A program made the position numbers and the translations under genes. 64,000 bases of DNA, taken from Macrostomum hystrix. Lineage: Eukaryota > Animalia > Platyhelminthes. Positions 38,157-50,100 of this stretch are shown here, piece after piece (the first letter of the stretch is position 1; each line of letters starts with the position of its first letter). Location: contig CATNEN010000039.1 in the NCBI GenBank assembly GCA_950097015.1, forward strand, positions 8,432,001 through 8,496,000. The letters are read 5' to 3'. The notes beneath the pieces were generated by a model. The model saw nothing but the letters and a program-made list of their open reading frames with translations. It was not told the origin of the DNA and made no database searches.

Positions 38157-39035
38157 ATGCCAAACTCAGACGTCGATGAAAAAACGGCCGAGCCATTTTT
38201 AAGGACGATCGACCCAGCGGACTCCGAAACTGTTGAAACTCTTCGAGAGAAGTCTAAGACTAAGCCCTACCATGCAGCAATGCGTATCCTGTTGTATGTC
38301 TGGTCATGGCAACGAAGAAGACTTGCAGAGAAGCAGCTGAGAGAGTTGAAAGCGCTTCAAGCGCGTGATAATCTGCAACAAATAACGGACCTCATTGTTA
38401 CTGCTGCTTACTCTGACACAAAACTGCTTTGGGAGAATCTTAATGTGAAAGATTATTATATGTACGTCAATCGGCATAAGCACTACGTGACAGTGGGCTT
38501 CGAGATATTCAACGAATTGGTTATAAACTCTGTCAAGTCGCGCCTTTTCTCCGAAGGCTTCTTGGGTGATGCTAGGATTCAGCCAGAACAGAATCCTACA
38601 GAGGAGCAGATAAAACAGCATGACGACAGCAAGTACAGCTTTGTGGAAACTGTCACATATGCAATGCAATGGTATCCCTGTTGTGGCATGGGCAAGTGCG
38701 ACGATGAAGCCTGGGAAACTGGCCTGAAGCATCATTATTGCCACAATGAGCACCATCCTGAGTACTGGGGCAACAGCCAAATGTACTGGCGCTTCATTGT
38801 GGAAGCTATGTATGATATGGCTGCCATGGAGTTGGAGAAAAGATTCAAAGGCAGCTTACCTGACAACAGGGCCTACTTGCTACAGTTTGATCCCAAGTTT
38901 CTCAGGCGCTTTGAAATGACTGGTCAGCTATTGTTTGCCCAGAAGCTCATCAGGTACACAATGGAGGCCTATTGCAGCAGAAATGCACTGCCCATGCCAC
39001 CTGATCTAGAATCAAGTGCATCAGCAGTTAATTAA
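38157..39035 (+). CDS. Intronless HD-superfamily-like protein (DUF5662-like metal-dependent phosphohydrolase), 292 aa
   Basis: Single ATG-to-TAA ORF in AT-rich surroundings. Motif order HKHYV…HDDSKYS..E…AW…HHYCHNEHHPEYW…EAMYD matches the DUF5662 pattern H…HD.SK…HH…N.HHPEYW…E..D. Confidence 0.8.
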   Translation: MPNSDVDEKTAEPFLRTIDPADSETVETLREKSKTKPYHAAMRILLYVWSWQRRRLAEKQLRELKALQARDNLQQITDLIVTAAYSDTKLLWENLNVKDYYMYVNRHKHYVTVGFEIFNELVINSVKSRLFSEGFLGDARIQPEQNPTEEQIKQHDDSKYSFVETVTYAMQWYPCCGMGKCDDEAWETGLKHHYCHNEHHPEYWGNSQMYWRFIVEAMYDMAAMELEKRFKGSLPDNRAYLLQFDPKFLRRFEMTGQLLFAQKLIRYTMEAYCSRNALPMPPDLESSASAVN

Positions 39036-40679
39036 CTACTTGCCCACAAACACGACCTAGCTATCTAAATTATTGAGTCATATTTGTGTTTCAATTTGAC
39101 TATTTGTCAGTCCATGTGCTAGTAAAGAAACCAAGTATCTGCTGTTATTTAATGCATTACTAGTTACTACTGCCAAAGTTTACTTTTCAAATTAGGTAAT
39201 ACATTTTTTGAGTCACTTTACAAGGTAGCTAAATAAATAACTATAGTCGAGACATGTAACTAACATGTGTTAATCCTAGGCCTACAAGTTATTTTGATCT
39301 TTGTCTATAATTCATAGCTAATGCAGTGTTGCTTTTAACATCACCATTCTGTTTACTCACTTATTAATTATTATCCAACATTACCTATATTGCATTGTTT
39401 TGCATTACCACTGCTCACTTTCCATTCATAATTAACTATATTGATCATATGGGATTGGCATTGCTAGCAAATTAAATATGGGCATCATGTTTTTATTAGC
39501 AAGCTTTACTTTAAATTGAATTAGGCCTAGTTATTACTGATCTAATTGGCTATACAAAATAGCTAGTAGGCCTGGCCCCTGATTAAAGATTTTGAAAGTC
39601 TAGCCAGCTGTTAGACACAATTGTAGCAAAGCCTTATGCAACTGAATGATGATTGAAATAGCTAGATATAATGATAACCTATAGCTAGCTAACTAGTCTT
39701 GATAGGCCAAATATACAGTCTATTGCAGCTGCTAATGTATGAAATTTCCAATGGCTGTCTGCAATATTCAGTTTAGTCTGTGGCCCCAATTTCTACTCTA
39801 GCTAAGTGTAGCTAGTGTTGGTAGGCCTACCCATTATATAGCTCAGTGAACTGAAGCTCTGCTCAGTGAGATATTGTATTCCTTGGCATTGGGCTGAAAT
39901 TTGATCTATACAAACCTTTGAAAAGTGTAAACTATGCCTGCCAAGTTACTAGTTTTCAAAAGTAATAATTAAATTAAATTATGCTTTTAATAGCTAGCTA
40001 GCATCTTATTAATTTAAAATCTTCAAAATGTTAATGTCTTATATAGAGCATTTTTTCAATTTCAATATTTTTATTTTACTTTTTCTCTGGAATATTCTTA
40101 ATTCCTAATTTCCTATGAAATTCATTGTGTAGCTATATCATCACCTTTGGCACTGTTCAACAACTCAAAACATAATTTTCATAATTTTTAACTTCTGCTA
40201 TTGAGCCACATATTTATAATAGTTGAATGATATTTTTATAATTTGATTTCTGTTTTGCTAAATGACTCAATTTTGTACTTTTGTCCTTAATTGGCTAACC
40301 TATATGTGAGCTACAATAGCTAATTATTTGTGTGATTCATTACTAACAATTGTTTCTTCATGTGCTGGTCCTTATTGTGCTTGTTAGCAGTAAGAGCTGA
40401 TAAATTCTGAATATCAACTTAATGTACAAGTTTATTCCTTTTCCATAGAAAATGAATTACATTATTGATTTTTAATTTTTTATTGATGATTTGCTAAGCC
40501 CTTGAAGGTGTGGGCTGAATTGAAACCAGCTGTTACATTTTCATATTGCATTAATTATTTTTTGTGAAAATATAAAACCTGATAAACAAAAAATTGGATG
40601 AGAAGGGTGCACAACAGGTGGAGAACTCAAGCTACTAGTTCTAGTTACTTGCCAACTTAAAGTAGTTGATAATAATTTT

Positions 40680-41749
40680 GTGTACAATCTGGTGAGAACT
40701 GTACAATCTGATGAGAACTGTGGACAATCTGGTTAGAACTGTGTGTACAATCTGGTGAGAACTGTACAATCTGATGAGAACTGTGTACAATCTGATGAGA
40801 ACTGTACAACCTGATGAGAGCTGTGTACAATCTGGTGAGAACTGTACAATCTGGTGAGAACTGTACAATCTGGTGAGAACTGTACAATCTGATGAGAACT
40901 GTACAATCTGATGAGAACTGTACAATCTGATGAGAACTGTACAACCTGATGAGAACTGTGTACAATCTGATGAGAACTGTGTACAATCTGATGAGAACTG
41001 TGTACAATCTGATGAGAACTGTGTACAATCTGATGAGAACTGTACAACCTGATGAGAACTGTGTACAATCTGATGAGAACTGTGTACAATCTGATGAGAA
41101 CTGTACAACCTGATGAGAACTGTACAACCTGATGAGAACTGTGTACAATCTGATGAGAACTGTGTACAATCTGATGAGAACTGTACAACCTGATGAGAAC
41201 TGTGTACAATCTATTGAGAACTGTGTACAATCTGATGAGAACTGTACAACCTGATGAGAACTGTACAACCTGATGAGAACTGTGTACAATCTGATGAGAA
41301 CTGTACAACCTGATGAGAACTGTGTACAATCTGATGAGAACTGTACAACCTGATGAGAACTGTGTACAATCTGATGAGAACTGTACAACCTGATGAGAAC
41401 TGTGTACAATCTGATGAGAACTGTACAACCTGATGAGAACTGTGTACAATCTGATGAGAACTGTGTACAATCTGATGAGAACTGTACAACCTGATGAGAA
41501 CTGTGTACAATCTATTGAGAACTGTGTACAATCTGATGAGAACTGTACAACCTGATGAGAACTGTACAACCTGATGAGAACTGTGTACAATCTGATGAGA
41601 ACTGTACAACCTGATGAGAACTGTGTACAATCTGATGAGAACTGTACAACCTGATGAGAACTGTGTACAATCTGATGAGAACTGTGTACAATCTGATGAG
41701 AACTGTGTACAATCTGATGAGAACTGTGTACAATCTGATGAGAACTGTG
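40680..41749. repeat. Minisatellite, 21/19-bp unit AACTG(TG)TACAA(T/C)CTGATGAG, left part
   Basis: Tandem array interrupted at 41750. Confidence 0.97.
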
Positions 41750-42380
41750 TGAGGTACAGCTTTGGAGGAACCTGCGCTCCTCCTAACATCTATTTTTATA
41801 TATGCGTCTTGCTTTACCATCCCATAATATGCACGCGGACTTTTCATCCAATGAACGCGAATTAAGAACATACTATATAGTCAGACGCTAAACGCAAGAG
41901 TAAAGTCCGACACCCAACCTTTCCAACCTTTTCTTCCTATCCAGACAAGCTATTATTAGACTTACAAGACAACCCAGACTTGGAATAGTTCTTCCTGTCT
42001 AACAGGATTGTTATATCCCAAACCCTGAGAGAACTTATATCAATATTAGAGTAATCGCCTCGACTTGACCGGCAGACCCGATCCTTAGCCTTGAGCTCCG
42101 GCTCCAGCCTTCGGAGACTCAATATTGGAAGATAAGTCAGACAGTACTCTTGTTATCTAATTAATATCTTTGCGTGATCCAATATCTCTGTCTTTGTTAA
42201 CATCGCTGATCGTGAAATAAAACATCTAAGTTGAAGGGTAAAACATCAAGGAAAACAGTCGAACAGGCCTCCTGTCTCTTTATTCAATAATAGGGAAGAT
42301 AGATAACCGGATCCTTAGTCCTAGACCTAAGCCTCGACCTAGACCTGGACCTAGCCATAGAAGCATTTTAAATTATTTCA
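41750..42380. mobile_element. Solo LTR (631 bp) inserted in the satellite
   Basis: TGA…TCA termini and a 4-bp TSD TGTG (41746-41749 and 42381-42384); the satellite register resumes exactly. Unrelated to the LTR at 14995. Confidence 0.8.
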
Positions 42381-42897
42381 TGTGTACAATCTGATGAGAA
42401 CTGTGTACAATCTGATGAGAACTGTGTACAATCTGATGAGAACTGTGTACAATCTGGTGAGAACTGTGTACAATCTGGTGAGAACTGTGTACAATCTGGT
42501 GAGAACTGTGTACAATCTGATGAGAACTTTGTAGAATCTGGTGAGAACTGTGTACAATCTGATGAGAACTGTGTAGAATCTGGTGAGAACTGTGTACAAT
42601 CTGGTGAGAACTGTGTACAATCTGATGAGAACTGTGTACAATCTAGTGAGAACTGTGTACAATCTGATGAGAACTTTGTAGAATTTGGTGAGAACTGTGT
42701 ACAATCTGATGAGAACTGTGTACAATCTGGTGAGAACTGTGTACAATCTGATGAGAACTGTGTACAATCTGGTGAGAACTGTGTACAATCTGGTGAGAAC
42801 TGTGTACAATCTGGTGAGAACTGTGTACAATCTGATGAGAACTGTGTACAATCTGGTGAGAACTGTGTACAATCTGGTGAGAACTGTATAATCTGAT
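42381..42897. repeat. Same 21-bp minisatellite, right part
   Basis: AACTGTGTACAATCTG(A/G)TGAG tandem copies. Confidence 0.97.
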
Positions 42898-42907
42898 GTG
42901 AAATGTT

Positions 42908-43071
42908 TTAAGCAGCTACTGTTGTCTTAGCAGGAACAGATGTTCCTGGCTATGAGCTTGTTTAGCAGTTGATACTAGTTTGGCGCACCCTCTTAGAGAC
43001 AAGAATTCTGCATCTGTGCTAGTCTTGAGTGTAATAGTCGAACTTAGGTAGCCCAAAAGTTTTAATCAACT
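42908..43071 (+). repeat. Dispersed direct repeat, copy 2 (internally shorter)
   Basis: Similar to 37366-37616. Confidence 0.75.
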
Positions 43072-43874
43072 GTGTACAATCTAAGCTGTGCATGTGCATG
43101 TACAAACTATAGGTGGTTGACGCTGTATTTTTAGCTGTACGGGCCATAGTAATCTATTATGTACTCGTATATTTCATTGATTAGATAATGGTGGACTGGT
43201 TCTGTACATATACATATACACGTACACAGTTCTTTCCTTTGCACAATCTACTGCAAAATAATATATAGCTGTAAAATAAACAATTTTAAACAGTCAGCTG
43301 GTGGCTACCCCTGTTCTGTTAGAAACCCGTACCGTTGGTTGTGGCTGGGTTCTGTGTTTAGACTCAGCTTCATTTGTAATTAGACCATCGACGCGCTATT
43401 TGTGCTATAAAAAAGCTTGTTGACAAATGTTAACAATTAAGAGGCCCAGCAAAGTTTTCCTGTAAATAAGCGACTATTGAAGATCTGAAATCTAAATTCA
43501 GATATTAAGGCAGGAAAATACTTTTATTTACAGTCCACAGTCTGCCTTTTAGTGGCACACAATGGACGATGCGCACTCCACCACCGAAGCAAAAAGAAAA
43601 AAGTTTAGGAATCCAAGGTAAATATTGAATTTTTGACAAGTTGCACAATTTAAGAAGAAGTCCGATAGGAAGAAACTAATTTTCTACTTCAGGAATAATC
43701 CTGGGCACAATGCACCGAATATAAACAATATAAAAAAGAAAGTTTTCAATACCAGTCCACCAGTCCTGACTGGAAATCTAAGAAAGAACAGTCCTTGCAG
43801 TAGCGGGTTGTCAACTGTTATGGCATGGCTTTAGAGGAATCTACGAACAGCAATAGCTAAAAAACTATCTTTCT

Positions 43875-44078
43875 GGTTGCTATCCCTGTTCTATTGGTTG
43901 CTATCCCTGTTCTATTGGTTGCTATCCTTGTTCTATTGGTTGCTATCCCTGTTCTATTGGTTGCTATCCCTGTTCTGTTGGTTGCTATCGCTGTTTTATC
44001 GGTTGCTATCCCTGTTCTATTGGTTGCTATCCCTGTTCTATTGGTTGCTATCCCTGTTCTATTGGTTGCTGTCCCTGT
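43875..44078. repeat. Tandem repeat, 21-bp unit GGTTGCTATCCCTGTTCTATT, in the Rabaptin 3' UTR region
   Basis: About 10 copies. Confidence 0.95.
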
Positions 44079-44111
44079 CCTAGATCCAGAAGTCCACCCT
44101 TCAGGTAGTTC

Positions 44112-47100
44112 TCATCGGTGTGAGAGCGAAGGCGCTTTATCGCTGAAGTATGGCGCCGCGTCCTTCACCAACATGGTGTGACAGACGCTGCACACGTTGG
44201 CGGCCCGTCGACACGGCCCTCCTGGCACTGTTTTTTCCGTGCAGGCGTGGCAGTACAGGCGCACGCAGTGCAAACAGCGGCGCGGCTTCGAGGAACTTGC
44301 GAATCTCCGCTGACAGGCGTGACAGGAGACGGCGTCCTCGGCGAATTGCCAGCGAACCTCTGCGGTGTCCTGCTGACGGAGGCCTTCCAGCTGAACCTGC
44401 AGCGACTGCGACAGCTCGACAAAGTCTTTCTGGACGCTCATGGCGTTCTGCAGCTCGACCTGCGTAATGTCAGTTCGGGGTTGGGCATCCGTTACTTAGT
44501 AACAATATCACAGGTAGGAGCAGTTTGTATAATACTTGCTGAATGTCAAACAGGTGAGCTGATGGTCTTACAGCTGAGCTGGTTGTCTAACAGGTGAGCT
44601 GAATGTCTAACACGTGAGTTGATAGTCTAACAGGTGAGCTGAATGTCTAACAGGTGAGCTGATAGTCTAACAGGTGAGTTGATAGTCTAACAGGTGAGCT
44701 GAATGTCTAACACGTGAGTTGATAGTCTAACAGGTGAGCTGAATGTGTAACAGGTGAGCTGAATGTGTAACAGGTGAGTTGATAGTCTAACAGTTGAGCT
44801 GAATGTGTAACAGGTGAGCTGAATGTCTAACAGGTAAGCTAAATGTCTAACAGATGAGCTGATAGGCGCACCTGAAGGAAGGCTGCTCGATTGCGAAGCT
44901 CGGCGACCTCGCACTCGCTGCGGCTTAGACGGTCCTTCAGACCCGACTCAACAGAGCGTTGGGCGGCCTCGGCTTCGGCGGCTTCCTCTTGCTGGCGCCG
45001 CAGCCGCTCGTCAGCGTCGCGCTGGGCTGCGAGGGACGCCTGCAGCTCCGAGTGGGCTGCTTTGAGTCGGTCGGACTCCAGCTGCAGCTGGGCCTGGGAT
45101 TTGTATTGGATTCTCAAAATGCTGCCATTCTGAAAGCCTAGCCAGTGGTCACCGGTCCGCTCACCTGCAGCTGCCGCCTGATGCCGGCTTCCTCGTCCAG
45201 CCTCTGCTTGGCGAAGGCGGCCTGATCACGGCTCCGCTGCCTGAGATGCTCCAGACTTGCCCGGGCCGTGATGAGGTCCTCGCGCAGCTTCAGGGCCAGC
45301 ACCTGAACATCGTCCAGGTTGCTGGGCACGTCGATTAGTTCGTCGCGCATTTGCTGGGCGGTGCGACCGTCTCGCGACTCCAACAGGTGATTGTACCTGT
45401 TCACGGGTATTAGGGTTAAGACAGGTGCTGAGCTGCATTCAGTTTGCAACAGGTGAAAATCATACAGCTTTAAACAGGTGACGGGTATTAAGCTTCGAAC
45501 AGGTGACAAGTATTAGACTTCGAACAGGTGACGGGTATTAAGCTTCGAACAGGTGACGGGTATTAAGCTTCGAACAGGTGACGGGTATTAAGCTTCGAAC
45601 AGGTGAAAAAATATTAAGCTTCGAACAGGTGACAAGTATTAAGCTTCGAACAGGTGAAAAGTATTAAGCTTCGAACAGGTGACAAGTATTCAGCTTTGAA
45701 CAGGTGACGGAGGTCAATTTAGGAACAGGCAACTGGTATTAGGCTTCGAACAGATGAGAGGTATTACGCGTCGGACAGGTTATGGATATCAAGCTTCGAA
45801 CAATTGACAATATCGAGGCACTCGCTGACTCACCAGTGCTCAAGCTGGTCCAGCTCGGCCTGGAGCGCCTCCCTGTCCTCCAGCAGGCGCGCCAATTCCG
45901 CGCGAATTTCGGCTCTGAACTCACCCAATCGTTGCAACTCCAGCCGGTCGAGCGCGGAGCGCATCTCGTCCGTCCGGTGCGTCAATTCGTCAGCCTGGCT
46001 ACGCCACAGCTCGGCGGCTTCGCTGGCTCGAGCCTCGGCCTCGGCCAGACCGGCGCTCAGTTCGGCGGCGCGCGCGGTTTCAGCGCGCAGCGTCACAGTC
46101 AGCTGGGCTGCCTCCTCGGCGCTCTCGCGCTGGGCAGTCTGCGCCGTCTGCAGCTGAGCCTCGTAGTTGCGGCACAGCTCGCAGCCCGCGCTGGCCTTGC
46201 GGCGTGCGCGATCGATCTCCAGCTGTAGGTTTGACCACTCCTGCGGCATGGGATTTTAACTACGGCTTAGCTGACTGATCCCAGTTTAGTCGAATGGGAT
46301 TCCAATTGGATCTCTTGGGATTCTAGTTGGATCTGGTGGGATTCTAGTGGATCTGATGGGATTCTAGTTGGATCTGATGGGATTCTATTTGGATCTGATG
46401 GGATTCTAGTTGGATCTGATGGGATTCTTGTGTTGGATCTGATGGGATTCTATTTGGATCTGATGGGATTCTAGTTGGATCTGATGGGATTCTTGTGTTG
46501 GATCTGATGGGATTCTAGTTGGATCTGATGGGATTCTAGTTGGATCTGGTGGGATTCTAGTTGGATCTGATGGGATTCTAGTTGGATCTGATGGGATTCT
46601 AGTTGGATCTGATGGGATTCTTGTGTTGGATCTGATGGGATTCTAGTTGGATCTGATGGGATTCTAGTTGGATCTGGTGGGATTCTAGTTGGATCTGATG
46701 GGATTCTAGTTGGATCTGATGGGATTCTAGTTGGATCTGATGGGATTCTTGTGTTGGATCTGATGGGATTCTTGTGTTGGATCTGATGGGATTCTTGTGT
46801 TGGATCTGATGGGATTCTTGTGTTGGATCTGATGGGATTCTAGTTGGATCTGATGGGATTCTAGTTGGATCTGATGGGATTCTAGTTGGATCTGATGGGA
46901 TTCTAGTTGGATCTGATGGGATTATAGTTGGATCTGATGGGATTCTTGTGTTGGATCTGATGGGATTCTTGTGTTGGATCTGATGGGATTCTTGTTGGAT
47001 CTGATGGGATTCTAGTTGGATCTGATGGGATTCTTTTTGTGACTGATGGGATTCTTGTGTTGGATCTGATGGGATTCTAGTTGGATCTGATGGGATTCTA

Positions 47101-50100
47101 GTTGGATCTGATGGGATTCTAGTTGGATCTGATGGGATTCTTTTTGTGACTGATGGAATTCTAGTTTGGGTCTCTAGGCATCCTTGTGCTGGGTCTGAAA
47201 GGATTCCTTTAAAATGTTATGGGATTCTAATAGTTAAGCCTTATAGGTTCTTATAAGTCATTCAAAAAGGAAACAATTTCTAGAAAAGCGTTCTTAAAAA
47301 GCTAAGGCAATTAGGTGCAGTCACAGTATTTTATCTAAAAAAACGAAATGAATTTTACTGCGAAAAATCTAAGCAGATAATCAAAATCATATGAAGAAGT
47401 TATTTTCTAGGTCCTCGAAACTGGCCTCATTTTATCTGAGGCAATCATATAGAGCTTATTTAAATTTTAACTAAATAGAATCAAATTCATCGCAACGCAA
47501 AGACAATGATTCGAAGGCCGATTTAAGCACACAGCTTTGCTGCTCAAAGCATTTCTTTACCAGGGCAGGCTGGCTGGAATTCAAAATATCGGCGCTCTGA
47601 GAAGCTGCCACTTTTTCTGAAGCACTTGCCAAATGATTCTGTTCGACACGGTTAGGTCAGATAGGTGATATTAACGAGAGAGAATGCCAATTCCGGGTAA
47701 AAACGACTGTGGCATTTTTTGTGGGATAAAGAAGCATCACGAATCCCATTCTTCACCCATTCTTTAATTAGCCTCTTGAATTCTCTTGCTTAATTACCCC
47801 CTAATTCTTGAACCAGCCAGTAAAATTTATTAACCATTTAAATCCCACTTTTAAATTAGCCTCCCAAATCCCAATCCTTGATTAGCCTCCCAAATCCCAA
47901 TCCTTGATTAGCCTTCCAAATTCCAATCCTTGATTAGCCTCCCAAATCCCAATCCTTGATTAGTCTTCCAAATCCCAATCCTTATTCAGCCTGCCAAATC
48001 CCAATCCTTGATTAGCCTCCCAAATCCCAATCCTTGATTAGCCTCCCAAATCCCAATCCTTGATTAGCCTTCCAAATTCCAATCCTTGATTAGCCTCCCA
48101 AATCCCAATCCTTGATTAGTCTTCCAAATCCCAATCCTTATTCAGCCTGCCAAATCCCATTCCTCAATTAGCCTCCCAAATCCCATTCCTCAATTAGCCT
48201 CCCAAATCCCATTCCTCAATTAGCCTCCCAAATCCCATTCCTCAATTAGCCTCCCAAATCCCATTCCTCAATTAGCCTCCCAAATCCCATTCCTCAATTA
48301 GCCTCCCAAATCCCATTCCTCAATTAGCCTCCCAAATCCCTTTCCTCAATTAGCCTCCCAAATCCCATTCCTCAATTAGCCTCCCAAATCCCATTCCTTA
48401 ATTATTTACCTAAATCCGATTTCTTAAGTAGCTCTTGCTTAATTCCCATCCCATCCCATCCCAAATTCTATTCATTAAGAGTCCTCATTTCATTAGCTAA
48501 ACCCCATTGTCAATGCCACAAGGCGACAATGTCAGCTCACCTGCTCGGACACCAATCGACCACCGGCGCTGCCGGTGCTGAGGTCGGCAAGCGAACGGGT
48601 TTCAGCCGCAGCCAGCGCAACCGCAGCCGTTGACGATGGCGCCGCAGCTGCATCAATAGCCGAAGCTGTCGCATGGTGAGCAGACTCGCTGCCAAGCTCT
48701 CCGCCCGAGGCTGAACGTCTCAACAATGGCGAATTCTGGCTGGTCTGCCCGCCGGCAACGCGACGCAAGGGCGACGATGCGGCGACGGCATCGCCGACTC
48801 CTTCATCGCCTTCGTTGCCGTTTTGAATCGCCGCGGCCGACTGTTCACAAGAATCGTCTGGTGGCATTGACGTTGTTGACGAGGAAGCTTGTTCGGCCGA
48901 GCTGCCCTGACGAAGACGAAACTCGGCCAGGGCCTGCAATTTTTTGTCGTGAACTTGGGAGCTAGCTAATCTAATCCCAAAAATATTGGTGTATGGTTCT
49001 AGGTGAGTTTAAAATGACAAAGCAACTGATTGACAGATGGGATGTCAACTGATTGACAGATGGGATGTCAACTGATTGACAGATGGGATGTCAGCAGATA
49101 GACAGGGGGGAAATCAACTTATCGACAAGAGGATTTAAACTGATCGACTAGGGGGAAACGAGTCGATAGATGGAGATTAAAACGGATCAGTAGATGTGTA
49201 TAATATCGGATTGGTATATGGGGAAAAGCATCAAGAGATAGATAGGGATACAAATCGATCGATAGATGGGGTTAAATAGAAGAACTCGTCGGTAGGTTTG
49301 AAAATGGATCGACAAGCAAAATGACACGCGGCCGACACTGTCAGGCGAACAGGCGAACCGACAAGAAAACTTTGAAAGCCTGCGCGCAGACACTTGCCTG
49401 CTTCTGATCATCGTCCAGCAGGCCGATGAGGTGGCGATTCTCGCTAGCCAGCCTGCGTTGCTGCCCCAGATACTGTTCGTTCAGCCGATCCAAGGACAGC
49501 TTCAGGGCCTCTGTGTTCCGCCTTTCTAGCTCGAGCTGATGAAGCTGGGCCAGCCGGCGCTGCTCCCACGCCACCGCGTCCCGATCGCGACGCTCCTCGG
49601 CATCGCGAAGGCGCGACTTAAGCGATGCCACTTCCTCCTGACGGCGTGAATAGCTTCAAAATTAACATGCTGTGACATCTAACTCACCATTTATGGGATT
49701 TAGTCACGGCGTGACTTAAGCCTTTAGCCCTTAGCATGTATCTCACCCCACACTAGCATCTCACCCCACACTAGCATCTATCTCACCCTACACTAGCATC
49801 TATCTCACCCCACACTAGCATCTATCTCACCCCACACTAGCATCTATCTCACCCCACACTAGCATCTATCTCACCCTACACTAGCATCTATCTCACCCCA
49901 TACTAGCATCTATCTCACCCCACTCTAGCATCTATCTCACCCCACACTAGCATCTATCTCACCCCACTCTAGCATCTATCTCACCCCATACTAGCATCTA
50001 TCTCACCCCACTCTAGCATCTATCTCACCCCACACTAGCATCTATCTCACCCCACTCTAGCATCTATCTCACCCTACACTAGCATCAATCTCACCCCATA

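Noticed and set aside
38304-38780. 158-aa antisense ORF
   Set aside because: Shadow of the HD-like gene, with no motifs.
40641-42891. Repetitive ORFs (TVLIRLY…)
   Set aside because: Satellite translations.
32533-47165. CRISPR-like appearance of 20-30 bp repeats near a putative HD enzyme
   Set aside because: The repeats are head-to-tail with no unique spacers and there are no cas genes.
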